In this document: in pieces, positions 49,950 through 63,132 of the stretch
How the letters are laid out: the number at the start of each line of letters is the position of its first letter
Position numbering within the stretch: the stretch's first letter is position 1
DNA from: Antechinus flavipes
Lineage: Eukaryota
Direction of reading: 5' to 3'
Assembly (NCBI RefSeq): GCF_016432865.1
Contig: NC_067400.1
Location: 522,536,001 to 522,600,000 of the forward strand
Length of the DNA: 64,000 nt
Made by a program: the position numbers and the translations under genes
The notes under the pieces: generated by a model
What the model was told of the DNA's origin: nothing
Database searches by the model: none
The model's input: only the letters and a program-made list of their open reading frames with translations

Positions 49950-52350
49950 ATAATACCAATCAGCAAGTCTTTGGTCAAGTATTTGGAGTAAGCACTGGGG
50001 ATACAAGGAAAACAATAGAAGTCTCTGTCTTCAAGAAGCTTATATTCTAATAGGAGAGATAATGTACATAAATAGGTACATAAAAGAAACATTCAGAATA
50101 GATAGAAAGTAATTTCAAAGGCAAAAACACTAAAACTGGAGAGATGGTAAAAAAAAAAAATAGATAAACTCCTACAGAAGTTGGGATTTGAACTAAGAGT
50201 CTTGAAAGAGCCAAGGACAGAATTACAGAAGTACATTTCAGGAATGGGAGGCATCTTATCTTTCTTATCAACTATTGTTGGCCCCAGGACTTTGTCCTGG
50301 GTGTCTTCCCTTTTCCATACAGAGGCATGGAATGCAAAGGCAGAGAGATGTGGGGTCATCTGTAAAAAGTAGCCAGCAGGTTAGTGTGGCTGAAGTGTAG
50401 ATAATAGAGCATAGGACTGGAAAGGTAGGAAAGGACTCAGTGTGAGGAGCTTCAAATGCCAAACAAAAGACTTTGTTTGATCCCAGAGGCAAGAGGGAGC
50501 CATTGGAATTACTGGGATGGTGGAGGAAGGTGACAGACTTCTATTTTGAAAAAATGTTTTAAGTGCTGTTTGGAGAGTGTATTGGAGTAATAAAAGACTT
50601 ATGGCTAGAAAATTAGCTAAAAGAATAGTGCGGTAATCCAGACAAGAGGAGACGAAGATCTGAACTATAGTGATGATCATGTGAGTGGAGGGAAGAGGAC
50701 ATACATGAGCATTGTTATAAATGATTAAGATCTGATTACTTGGTTCATTCAGCACAAAATGTCAAGAATAACACTGAGGTTGCAAACCTATGTTACTGGG
50801 ACTGTGCTAGTATCCTCATCACTAATAAGGAAGTTCAAAAAAGATGAAGGGAAATGAGTTTTATTTTGGACATGCTAAGTTTGAAATTCCTATGGGAAAT
50901 CTAGATCAAAATCTCCAATAAGCACTCCAATAAGCAATGAGACTAAGAGCTCATCAATGAGACTAGAGTTGAATGCAGAAATTATCTGCATAAGGATGAT
51001 AAATGAATCCATGAGAGCCAACAGACTTGCCAAGAGAGATGGTATATATAGAGCAGGCCTGCTACTTACAGGCCAAATGTGTATGTCAACCTATTTTTAT
51101 AGCTTCCATCTAAGAATGACTTTTTATGTTTTTTTAAAAATACAATAAAAATACATTTTAAAATGTAAAAATCATTCTTGACCTTCCAAAGCACATTAAA
51201 AACAAGCTATGGTCCAGATTTGGTCTATGCTGTGCTTTGCCCAATCCCTAGATAAGGAAAAGGGAAGACATCCCAGGATAAAGCCTCGGGGACCAACAAT
51301 AATTGATAAGAATGACTTGGACAAAGAACTAACAAAGTAGAGGGAGAAAAAAATAGCCCAAGAGGTAGGAGAACCAGGAGAGAGTAGTATCACAAAAACC
51401 CAGAAAGGAAAGTGTCCAGGAAGAAAATGTGATTAATAGTATTAAATGTTCAGAGAAGTCAAAAAGGATGATTATTTTTTTTTTTAGGATGATTATTTTT
51501 ACAAGGAGTAAGGCAGTGGTCCTCAAACTTTTGTTCTCAATATCTTTATCCTATTAAAAATGATTGAGGATCTGTCCAAAGAGTTTTTGTTTATGTGGGT
51601 TATAGTTATAGATATTGATCACATTAAAAATAAAAAACCAATTATGAATTTGTAGACTCTCTGAAAGGATTTCAGAGATTCCGAGAATGCTCTGGACCAG
51701 ACTTTGAGAACCACTGGGGTAAGGGATGGTTGATAACCTTGGGAAGAATGGCTTTGAGTGAATGACATACTTGAGTACCAGATTAGAGAAGACTTAAAAG
51801 AAAATCAAGGAAGGGAAGTGGTAGTACCAAGTTTAGATGGCCTTTTCAAAAAGTTTAGCTGAAAAGTGAAGGAGTGATATAGAATATAGCTTGTAGAGAA
51901 GATGGGATTTTTTTTTAAGATCATAAAAATGTGTGTATGTTTGTAAGCAATAGAGAAGATTAGAGAGAAAGTGAGGTCAATTTGTTACAGAAAATAGGAC
52001 TCACATAGGCATATACAGGGATTGACTTTGGGAAAGACTGAAATGATGGAAATAGTAGGACAATATTAGTGAACAATATAGTGGAAATAGTAGGATAATA
52101 GTAGTATTAGAGGAATGCAAGATGAAGAGAAATGGACTTTGGTGAATGACCTCAGCTTTTTCTGGTAACTATAAGGCAAAGTTCTGAACAGAGATGATTG
52201 TGAGGAGAGGTACCATGGGAGGCTGAAGGAAGAAAGAGAAGGTTGGAAATAGCCACTGTTTGGCCAATGTAATGAAGAAGTGATTAGGGAAAGGTAGAAA
52301 GGTTGCCATGCTATAGATAAAAGCTCAGTTCCAATCACAGTTTCTTCACA
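49950..52350 (-). mobile_element. Long L2 (3' end through ORF2)
   Basis: Starts with the L2 3' terminus. ORFs 50093-50492 and 51196-51526 give L2 ORF2-like text (LAFEAPH, SFLGFCDTTLSWFSYL). Confidence 0.75.
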
Positions 52351-52525
52351 TGTCTTCTTCCATTTCTATTCAGTAGCATATTAATAAGAATGAAGAGGAC
52401 AACAGTTACAAAATACTCCTTACACAAAAAAAAGATAGATCTAATGAATTAGATGACAGTTAGATCGTGCAATGCATAGAATGCCAGGCCTGGAATCAGG
52501 AAAGCTCATCTTCCTGAGTTCAAAT

Positions 52526-52682
52526 NNNNNNNNNNNNNNNNNNNNNNNNNNNNNNNNNNNNNNNNNNNNNNNNNNNNNNNNNNNNNNNNNNNNNNNNNNN
52601 NNNNNNNNNNNNNNNNNNNNNNNNNNNNNNNNNNNNNNNNNNNNNNNNNNNNNNNNNNNNNNNNNNNNNNNNNNNNNNNNNN
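52526..52682. other. Assembly gap (157 N) interrupting a SINE head that starts near 52465
   Basis: Run of n; the left flank ends in the B-box ttcctgagttcaaat. Confidence 0.99.
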
Positions 52683-53694
52683 TTTATTATATTTAAAGTA
52701 CTTTGCTGGCTTTAAAGTGCTAGACATATAGATATATAGATATGTGTATGTGTATATGAACACACATAAATATATGCTTACAAAAGAATGAAATTAAAAA
52801 GCATTGGATATGACCTCGGCTTGTCCAAGCACAAGAATGACATCATGATTAATTAAACCTTATGACTAGTTGCTTATGAACAGTTCAAATATTGGGTTCA
52901 GTCATTGTGCTATTTACAGTTATCACAAGAGTGTTTGCATTTGATAAGATGGGATTCAAGTACATTATGGCCCTGTTTGGATCACCTGATTAATTCAAGA
53001 ACTGAGCAGGATCTGCTATTGCTTAAAGTACCTTTTAGTTCTAAATCATACTTTCTCCTGATGTTTTTTCTTTTTTAATTACATTTCCCAGTCATACATA
53101 ATCTTTGTCCAAGAAGAGTGGTGTGGGAAGTTCCTGAATTTGATCACAGCATCCTGGATTCAGATCTTAGATCACATCTCTTAGAGCATCAGTCATATAA
53201 ACTTTGCCCTGCCTCCCACATCAGGTCGTTGTGAGGATCGAATAAGATAACATATGAAAAGTTTTAAATTGCAGTAGCTTAAAACCTTACTGTAACTTTT
53301 GGAATATCTTATCTAATATCGAGTACCTAATCCTTTAGCACTTTAGAAGCTGCACAGTCTTCTGACAATAACCCTGCTACAACCAAGGAGTGCAATTGTT
53401 CCTAAAATTCCATTTTGTAGACAAATTAAGGCTCAGGCTGTTAATTTGCCAGAGGACAGTGCCTCTGAGTGATGGCTTTACCAGTCAAAGTCAGGTCTTC
53501 TAATTTCCTTGTCTCTTTTTTTTTTTTTGGTACATACCAGAACACATACAGAAAGAAATGATGAATAGCAAGTGAGCAGCAATTAATATTTTCATTTTAA
53601 TTTATTCATTGTGTTTATATTTTGCTGTTCACTTAACTAACTACAAAAATCAGTCACAGGAGTATGAAGAATAACTACTGGCTACATTGCTATT

Positions 53695-53937
53695 GTGCAG
53701 CTAGTGCAGTGAATAGAGCACTGGGCCTGGAACCAGAAAAATCTGAATTCAAATCTGGTCATAGGCATTTCCTAGCTGTATGACCCTGGGCAAGTCACTT
53801 CACTCAGACTGCCTCCATTTCCTTGTCTGTAAAATGAGCTTGGATAATGAAATAAAATTTCCCCAGTATTTCTACCAAGAAAATGCCAACGAGGCTCATG
53901 ATGAGTCAGACTTGACTGAAAAACAACTCAACAACTT
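53695..53937 (+). mobile_element. Mar1 core-SINE
   Basis: gtgcagtgaatagagcactgggcctgg...gtaaaatgagc...tgagtcagacttgactgaaaaacaactcaacaac. Confidence 0.85.
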
Positions 53938-55314
53938 AGTGCTTCCAAATTTAGAAAATATATTATTCACAATAATTTTGTGAGTGATGGTACAAGAGTC
54001 ATCATTCCTATTTGTAATTAAGAAAAAGAAGGCTCTTAAAAGTAGAAAGAATTGTCCCCAATCCCAGAGACAAGTCAGAGAGGGGCTGAAGTCCCTACCT
54101 CCTGCCTTCAGGACCAGGCCGCTTTTTACTGCACTGTGCTGCCTCTACTCCGTGTCTCTTTGCTAGTTAGGCCTTGGGGACCTGAACCTTATAGATTCCT
54201 GTTCACATATTCAGATTGTCCACTCTTTTCTCTGCAACCTCTGATGCCCAGTAGTGTCTAGTTTTAACCATGTAAGACTAGGACTCCAAAAATTGTGCTT
54301 CTGAGATACACTCATTTATAAACTCATGTGGAATCAAATTGGAACCCAAATCATTTCATTTCTTCTGCGGTAGCCGTGTCACCCTGCAATAGTCTTAATA
54401 GCCTAGAAGACTCCCTTTCTGTAAATTGCTTTCTGAAATCCCAGACTCTTGGTTCTTCAATATATGATTTTGTCTTCATATGTTTTACCTTTCAGTTCCA
54501 AAAAGTTAAAAGATACCTAGGCACAAGACATTATGTTCCTTTGTCCTAAGACTTTCCATTTAAACTAATGAGATTAAACTGAGGCTATACCCTGTTAATT
54601 TTTAACCCTTGCTACTTATATCACATACTTTCCAAACAGTAACTTTCAATTATTAATTAAGTGCCTACTGTATGCAGCATATTGTGCCAAACATAAACTG
54701 ATGGTAAGCATATACTATATGCAAAGCACTGGGCTGAGACTAGAATATTATTAAGCAAGTACTTACTGTGTTCATAGTTAGGAACTAAGAGTAGATAATG
54801 TACTTTTTTTCTAGTTTTAAAGTAATAAGCTTAAACATATGGTACTTTATGATGACAGAGCATTTTTATGCATATTTCATTTGATTATCACAGCAGTCTT
54901 GTTTAATCCATCACCTTTAATTTGCAAATGAGGAAGCTGCCTGAAAGAGAGGAGAGAAAGCATGAGGCCGCACACAGACAGTAACTACACTGAGGCAGTA
55001 GCCCTTGAGCAGGGGGTTTTTGATTCCAAGTCTAGGACTCTTTCCATTCCACCATGCTGCCTCCAAAGACTCTGTCAGTCACTTTAAGAAGTATATTAGT
55101 CCTGGACCCTCAAACTGAAAGCCAGATGCTCCCCTGCTAAGACAATCCCAGATGCCTTACCTGTCCAGTGAGCCAAGAATCTTGACTGATTATCCAGACA
55201 AGATGATGAAGGGCTAGACTAAGGAAAGGGAAGATCCTTTTCTTTGCCTGTATACTGTTGGCCTATATATGACATCATGATGAATCGTCTCACCCTATTG
55301 CTTCAAGCAGTGGG

Positions 55315-55545
55315 GCAATTAGGAGGCACAGTGAATAAAACACTGGATCTGAAGTTCAGAACCCTCCTCTTCCCGAGTTCAAATCCAGACTCAAGATAGT
55401 TACTAGCTGTGTGACCCTGGGCAAAATACTTAATCCTATTTGCTTAAGTTTTCTTCACTGTAAAGTGAATTGGGGAAAGGAGAGGGCAAATCTTTGCCAA
55501 GAAAGTCTCATATGGGTTCATGAAAATTTAAACATGACCAAAGCC
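55315..55545 (+). mobile_element. Mar1 core-SINE
   Basis: aggaggcacagtgaataaaacactgg...tctttgccaagaaa...catgacc. Confidence 0.75.
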
Positions 55546-57279
55546 AAGTCCCATTGCATTGCATGACAATGAAAAGTAATGACTATGCATCACTGAATCA
55601 CAAAAAGAAATGGAGAAAATGTGAAAAATTAAATACCAATAGAGGCAACTTTTAAGTAGATAAAATAAAATAGATGATATGACTTTTTTCCCACTTCTGT
55701 ATCATTCTACAAGTTATAAAGCACTTCCCTCTAAATATCCCTATAAAGTAGTAAGGTATCTATCACCCTCATTTAACAGAAGCCAAAAGTAAGACTCAGA
55801 GAGAGCAATTACTTGCTTAGGGTCATGCCCTGAAGATGTCTTAGAATTCCAGATCCAGTGTTCTTTCCATTCCATAAAGATGTCCCCCTACAAACAACAC
55901 CTGGTAATAAAAGTAGCTAATTCACATTCTTATATTGCTTTAAAGTTTGCAAGCATTCTTATCACAACCTTGTGAGAACACAATAGCGTAAGGATAACTG
56001 TCACCATTTTTTACTTGAGGAAACCAAGAATCTGAGGGAGTAACATTTAGCCCTTGGTCATTCAATTGGTAAATTTCAGAGCTGTATAGTACCTGAATGC
56101 AGGGTTTCTGACTTTTAAGTCCAGAACTCCTTCGCCTATCTCACAATGCTACAGAATTTGATCATTAGATGTTTTTGAACAGTGAGTGTACAATGGCAGA
56201 TGCTGTCACCTGCCAGTGAATTGATGGAGAATGTTTCTGACTCTAACTCCCTGAAACACCTTCAGTGAGCCGTTCCCATTTTTAGAGACTCAGTTTCTCC
56301 CTTTGAAAAATTAAAAGTTTGAATTTACTTGATCATTCAGGTCCAAATATCCATTTTTCTTCGGATTAAATTGTTATGCATTTTAAATTGTATGCATTTT
56401 AAAAATGAGAGTTCTTAAAACAAGCCCATGCTGAAGCCTGTTGATCTTTAGGTGGGTTGTGGGTTCCATCTGACATAGAACTATTGGACTGACTTGACAC
56501 ATGCTAATCATTTGTTAACTCATATTTGTTTTATTTTCTTTTTAAAATTAATTTACTTAACCTTGCAATAGATAATGAAGGTTTGAATTGCCATCCATTT
56601 AACTAAGAGGTTAGCCAGGCTGATTTTCAAAATCACTGACACATCTTTAACACACATTTGGAAACACTAAAAGATTCTGTTTTTAACTACTTGATAAAAT
56701 GAAATACAAGCAGTTGGTACTTGAGAAGAAAAATAACCTTCTGGAATGCAATTTTTTCTTTAAAAATTATATTTATCAGTGACTTTACAACATTCTAAGA
56801 GAAAGAATTAATTAGTGTTATTAAATTAGTTGAACCAAAATAAAGGTAAAAATAATAAGTGGGCTTTCTGAGAAATTATCTCCCTAAAACTACTTTTTCT
56901 CATGTAAAATGGTAATTATCATACTTTTATTTCCTGTTTTATGTAGCTTAAGTGAGAATAATACTTTCTCAAGATTACAATGTTATTATTATTTCAAAGA
57001 TTTGCTATTTTATCTGTATTGAAATGACTTCCCCCATTGTATGTTGTTCCCAGGGAACAGCCTGCAAGTTATGTGGGATTTTCACCATTTTACATAAGAA
57101 AAAAACCAGCTCAGTGAGGTGACTTCCCAAAAAGCCTATTTGGATCTTGGTTTGTGTAAACCATGTGTGGCAATTGATAATGCTCACAAGAATAATGTTA
57201 GAGAAGTGAGATCAGCGTCCTGAACAAGAAACTATTTTGTGCAGTATTTTTCTCTGATTTAGAAAATTATTTCTTTATT

Positions 57280-57865
57280 TTCTGAGGCTAATATTCCAGT
57301 TCATCCTCCAAACTGCCACCAAAGTTATTTTTCTTAAAGGCAGTAAACTTCCAGTGGCTTTCTAATACCTCTAGAATTAAATATAAACTCTTTTGTTTAT
57401 TCTTTAAGCCTAACTTGATTCCAGCCTGTCTTTCTAAGCTCATTGGGCAATATACTCTCTTCCATACTCCTTGATCCAGCCAAGCTATCTTCCTCTCTCT
57501 CGTTCGTTACACACAATATTACAGTACCCGTCTCCATACCTTTCCAAAGGCTGTCCCGTGTGCTTTAAGTGCCTTCCCTATTTACCTATTCTCCAGAGAA
57601 TCTCACTCTTCCTTGGAGATTCTTTTCAAATGCCACCTTTTATATAAAGCTTTCCTTGATCCACTCAACTGCTAATTCCCTTTCTCTCAAAACAGTTAGA
57701 TTTAACCAATTTGTATTTATTTATAATTTTTACCTTTTATTTTCATCCTGCATAGACTTTGTATAGTCTTTACTTTCTTGTAAGTATTGTTTCATTTATA
57801 TCTCCACCACCTAGCACAGTAGCTGACACATAATAAGGACTTAATAAATGCTTTTTGATAATTGA
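57280..57865 (+). mobile_element. L2 3' fragment
   Basis: tcatcctccaaactgccaccaaagttatttttcttaaag...cctagcacagtagctgacacataataaggacttaataaatgctt. Confidence 0.8.
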
Positions 57866-57929
57866 TTTCCTCCTCTCTTGGCTCAGTTTTCCATATTTGT
57901 AAAATAAGAGGGCTGGCCTTGAAAAACTT

Positions 57930-58830
57930 TGTGATTATGCAAAAAAAGTCACTAAACTCTTCATACCCTTTGATCTAGTCATGGGAGTCACACTGTTTGG
58001 TATAAATCCCAAGAAGGTTAAAGAGAGAAACAAAACTTCCTTGTGTACCATCATATTCATAGTAAAAATCCTGGATACAAGTATGGTGCCTGATATTAGA
58101 AAAAGGCCAAGCAAATTGTAATGTGAATGTACTGTATTATTGTCATTGCATTTTAAGAAATTCTGTGAAGAATTCAGAAAAACAGTTAAGATTAATGTGA
58201 ACTCTTTAACTCCTTAATACTATAGACACTTATCTACAATTCCATATATGGGCTGATATTTACATTGGTGGATCACACATCATTTTGGTTTATGTTTAAA
58301 AGGTCATAAAACTACTTTTTAATTCTATTTTTATGGCATAATAAACATTAATTTATAGATCTTTGAATAAGATCCAAAAGGTCAATCTCCCTTCTGACAT
58401 CCTTGACAAGTGGCTATCTACTTTTATTTGATGACCTCCAATAATAAAGAGCTCATTATCTCCTGAGGCAGCCCATCCCATTGCTGAATAACTCAATAAA
58501 TGAATAAATTAGGAAGGTTTTTTTTCAATATTGAGGAGGAATCTGATTTTCTGCGGTAGTTCTCTATCGTTCCTTGTTCTTACCTCAAACAACGAATAAA
58601 AACATTGTCTTCATGACAGCTTCTGTCATGACTTGAAGAAAAAAAAAAGATTAATGTGAACTAATGTAGGGTGAAGTAAGCAGAAACAGTTTACATGGTA
58701 TATAAATAATAACATTAAGAGCAGTTGAACCCAGACTAAAATTATTTTAGTAAAAAAACAATAAAAACCAACTGAACTCATATTAATAGTATGAAATATG
58801 GAAAATGATGAAGAGATAGAAGCTGCCATA
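57930..58830 (+). mobile_element. Old L1 3' fragment split by a TSD-flanked insert
   Basis: cataccctttgatctag...ataaatcccaagaagg on the left. Removing 58204-58662 restores a continuous L1 reading (..aagattaatgtgaact|aatgtagggtgaagtaagcagaa). Confidence 0.7.
58204..58646 (+). other. 443-bp retro-inserted sequence (unique AT-rich DNA plus antisense L3 remnant) with A-tail and 16-bp TSD
   Basis: Perfect direct repeat AAGATTAATGTGAACT at 58188-58203 and 58647-58662, AATAAA at 58595-58600, A-run at 58639-58648, insertion site gtt|aaga. Confidence 0.8.
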
Positions 58831-60309
58831 CTGAATGTAGACTAAAGTCTACATGGCCTCAGTGCTGCCCCCACCACTGTCCAACCCAGAACTTTGATTT
58901 TCCAAAGGAGAAATTCCTATTGTCTGTGTTCATAGGAGAAAACATTACTGTATCTACCAGAATATACATCTCTAGCACTGACTTTTACTGCATCATCCTG
59001 CTCCAGAAATGTAGCAGTAAAAATGCTGATGTTGCCACCCAGAAAATTCCTAAGCTTTTCTTTTGCATTGAGAGCCTTTGCATTGAAAACTGGCTCAAAC
59101 TGGTTCAAGATTAAATCTCTCAGAAAATAATTGGTCTGAATCAAATGCAGTTTTGAAGAAAGTCTGTGGAAGATAAGTATGCTCACAAATCATCCCATCA
59201 GACAATGATCTTTGAACTATGTGTGGCTGTCCAGAGCCATAATCTAAGTAAAAGAGAGTTTATGAAAGTCACTGATGAAAGGGGAGAGAAATGGATAACA
59301 ACAGACCAAATCATCTGGAAGCTAGAAACATCAGCTAAAAAATTACTGTTCTCATCTTTTCATTGAGTGTAAGGGACCTTCATACATATCACACTGCAGC
59401 ACACAGGCCTGTCACCTTCTTGAAAGCACCTGTTTAGCACAATAAAACTTTTATTTTCTATGGGTGTTCATATGCTGCCTGGTTTTTCATAAGTGGATTT
59501 TATACATATGAATAGATATAAATGTGAAAGATGTAATTTGTGATATTGTTAGCCAGGGGCTTTTCACCTAAAATATGCTGAAGTCTTCGAGAAAATTATT
59601 CTGCAGAATCATTTCCTGCTCTTCTCCAGAAGCATTTCTTTAGAACACTATTTAAAGAAAATTCAGAATGGATTTTATGATATTCCACATGAGGTTATTG
59701 CAAAAGAATACATATCTAGCCTGAATGTGTATGGTTAGCTTTGGAAAATGACATTAAAACAATCTTATGGTAAGCGAAACAACAGTTGCTCAAACATGCT
59801 TTCTTTGGGGGGAAGAGGGAGGAGATTACTGGAATGGAATTTTATATATGCTATTCAACAGGGGCCTTTCAATGATCAGTTTTATTTATCTTCATTAGAA
59901 GAAAAAAATGGCTTATAGAGGACATAATGTTTAAAAAAAAAACCTGATGTTTAAAAAAAAAAAAGGAATCAATAAAACTAGTTAAATTAAATGAAAACAT
60001 TGAACTAGATGATTCCTTTCCATTCCAAATCCTGTGAACTGGAAGAATGTAGCTCTGTCCTCAGTTGCATGACAGCCTGATAGTCCAGATAATGCCATCC
60101 TTTTTTCATTGCATTCCTGTAGCACTTTCAAGGTTATGAGGCATTTTCCTTGCACCTGGAGAGGTAATTTATTATAGCAAAAGTTCCTGTCAGTTAGATT
60201 TAAGGGAAAACTTAATGATTCTGAGTTATAAACAAAATAGAATAGGTTCTCAAAGAATATTTTAAAATATTTATATCTTGGCAAAATAAAATGAACTTTT
60301 TCCGACAAT

Positions 60310-62200
60310 ATTTCAATCAGTCAACAAGATTTAAATGCCTACTATCAGGTACTGTTCTAGATACTGCAGATATAAATAGAGTAAATGACATAGTCACTAT
60401 TCAGAAGGAGATGATGGAGACAGTAAGAATGCAAATAAGCACATATAGAATGTCTATAAAAAGTTGAGATAGTTGAAGTCAGGAAAGGCTTCGCTCTAGC
60501 AGGGTCTTAAAAGAAGAGAGGATTTCTATTAGGTGCAGATTTGGAAGGGCAACAAGCACACAGGGGCAGAGGTGGGAGATGGTGAAATATTCTGGGTGGA
60601 GTACCTTGGTTGGATCATAGAGTTCTGAAAGAGGAGGGAGGCATAATTAATTATTCTGGAAAGAGAGATTAACCTAAGGTCATGAAGGGCTTTTTAAAAA
60701 GCCAGACAGAATAGTTCACATTTAATCAATCCTAGAGATAATAGAGAGCTACTGGAGCTTACTGAAGAGAGAAGCAATGTGGTCAGATTTGTTCTGTAGC
60801 AAGGTGTGGAGGGGTAGTATAGAGGGAAGAAGTAGACTAAAATGGAGCAAAACTTGAAACTAGGAAACCATATAGGAGGCCATTGCAGTAATCCAAGCCA
60901 GAGGTGAGAAGGGCCTACTTAAAGATGGTAATAATGTGAGTAATGAGAAAGGGTCTAATGAAAGATGTTTTAGAGGAAGAAACAAAAAGATGTGTCAACT
61001 GATTGCATATTGAGAATGAAGGAGAATGAGAAGCTGAGAATAACACTACAATTATGAACCTGAGCAACTAGAAGAATATCTTCAACAGAAATAGGGAATT
61101 TGGAAAAGCAGGGTTTTTTGAGGGGGAGGGTAGTAATAAGTTCTGGGTTAGATTGTTGAGTTTAATATGTTTTCAGGGCATCCAGTTTAAAAAACATGAT
61201 GGTTGAATGCAGAATTGAAGTTCAAAGGAAAAACTGAAGCTGAATATTTATAGAAAACTTGGATAGAATATGGAACCACCTCCCCAACTCCAGAAGTAGA
61301 ACATGGATGATAAGTCACTGAAGAAGATTGAATAGGATGTTAGATAATAGAGTAAAGAATCATGTCATAAAAACCCAAAGCAGAGTATGTATCCAGGAAG
61401 ATATGGTGGTTAAAAGGGTCAAATTCAGCAGATAAATTAAGATGGATGAGGGCTAAGAAAATTGGAATTTTAATAGATCATTGGCAACTTTGAAATAAAC
61501 ACTTTTTATTTGAATGAGGTCAGAATCCAGACTGTAAAGCTAAGTGAATGAGAAGGAAATTAAGACAAGGAGTCTGGATCGCTTTTTCTAGGAGTTTGGC
61601 TTGAGAAAGGAAGGAAAACTGTAGAATCATAGCTTAAGGGGATAATAAGATATAATGAAGACCTTTCTTGAAAGACAGGAAAGATTTGGTTGCTTTTGAA
61701 AATGATGAGGAATTAGAAACTGGAAATTAGGTAATGAGAAAGAGGCCTGAGGTTGTAGTCTTCTGAAAAGATAGAAAAGGATGGGAGGCACTTGAAGGTA
61801 GTTTGGCTTTAGCAAGGAGAAACACCACCTTATTGTTAGAGAATGAGATGGTACAAAGCGTTTTTAGGTCAAGAAAAGAGAAAAAGCAAGAACTCTCATC
61901 AAATGATCTCAATTTTTCAATTCGGAGGTAAGGTCCTTAGCTGAGAAAGCTGAGCTAAGAGGTGTAGAAGGCTTGGAAGAAAAGAAAGTTTAGAACAGCT
62001 TTTGTGGGGACTGAAACAGGAATCAATTTGGAAGGAATAAAAGGGCCCCATTGAAGTTGGATGATATAAATTTCTAATATATCCAACTAGCAAGCTTGTG
62101 AAACTTACTCTAGTTTTCTTCAGGACCTGAAGTCCTCTTCAAGAGTGAATGAGTTGGATGTTAGAAGTCATCCAGGACTAAGGTTTATCCAGGAATGAAA
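60310..62200 (-). mobile_element. Long L2 fragment
   Basis: Begins with the L2 terminus tcaatcagtcaacaagatttaaatgcctact, followed by continuous antisense L2 motifs. Confidence 0.7.
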
Positions 62201-62265
62201 GGTTAAAGGACTGGTAGGCAAGGGATTTGAGATACTCAGAGAGTCATCTTTCTGTAGATTCTTTT

Positions 62266-63132
62266 TTAAAATTATTTTTATTAAAGCTATTTTCAAAACA
62301 TATGCATTGATAATTTTTTGAAAATCTTGTGTTCCTATGGGAAATGAGATGGAACCACAACATAGCATTTCCACTCCTTCTATTTTTGTCCACTTGCATT
62401 TTTTATTTCCTTTTCAGGTTATTTTTACCTTATGTCTAAATCTGATTTTTCTTGTGCAGCAAAATAACTGTATGGATATGTATACATATATTGTATTTAA
62501 CATATACTTTAACATTTAATATGTATGGGTCTACCTGCCATTTAGAGGAAGGGGTGGGGGGAAGGAGGGAAAAAGTTGGAACAGGTTTTGCAAGAGTCAA
62601 TGCTGAAAAATTACCTATGCATATATCTTGTAAATAAAAAGCTATAATAATAAAAAAAAATCTTGTGTTCCAAATTCCCCTCTTTCTTCCCACCCTCTCC
62701 CTTAGATGGCAAATAATCTATATTAAACATATTAAAATATATGTTAAAACCAATATATGTATACATATTTATATAATTATCTTGTTGCATAAGAAAAATC
62801 AGATTAAAAGGGGAAAAATGAGAAAGAAAAAATACAAGCAAACAACAATATAAAGAGTGAAAATGCTATGTTGTGATCTACACTCAGTTCCCACAATTCT
62901 TTCTCTGGGCATAGATAGCTCTCTTTATCACAAGATCATTGGAACTGACCTGAATCATCTCATTGTTGAAAAGAGCCGCGTCCATCAGAATAGATCACTG
63001 TATAATCTTGTTGTTGCCATGTACAATGTTCTGGTCCTGCTCATTTCACTTATCATCAGTTCCTGTAAGTCTCTCCAGCTTCTCTGAAATCATCCTGCTA
63101 ATCATTTCTTATAGAACAATAATATTCCACAA
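62266..63132 (-). mobile_element. 5'-truncated L1 3' end (host of a nested L1) with 18-bp TSD
   Basis: Homologous to 6689-7260. TSD CTTTCT(G/A)TAGATTCTTTT at 62248-62265 and 63133-63150. Confidence 0.9.
62336..62656 (+). mobile_element. Nested L1 3'UTR insertion with 15-bp TSD
   Basis: Homologous to the 3'UTR at 30170-30459, with a polyA end. TSD AAAATCTTGTGTTCC at 62321-62335 and 62657-62671. Confidence 0.92.

Noticed and set aside
50924-50946. Short tandem duplications (also near 56378-56402, 59927-59962 and 33640-33675)
   Set aside because: Small slippage-type duplications in AT-rich or repeat DNA, with no functional context.
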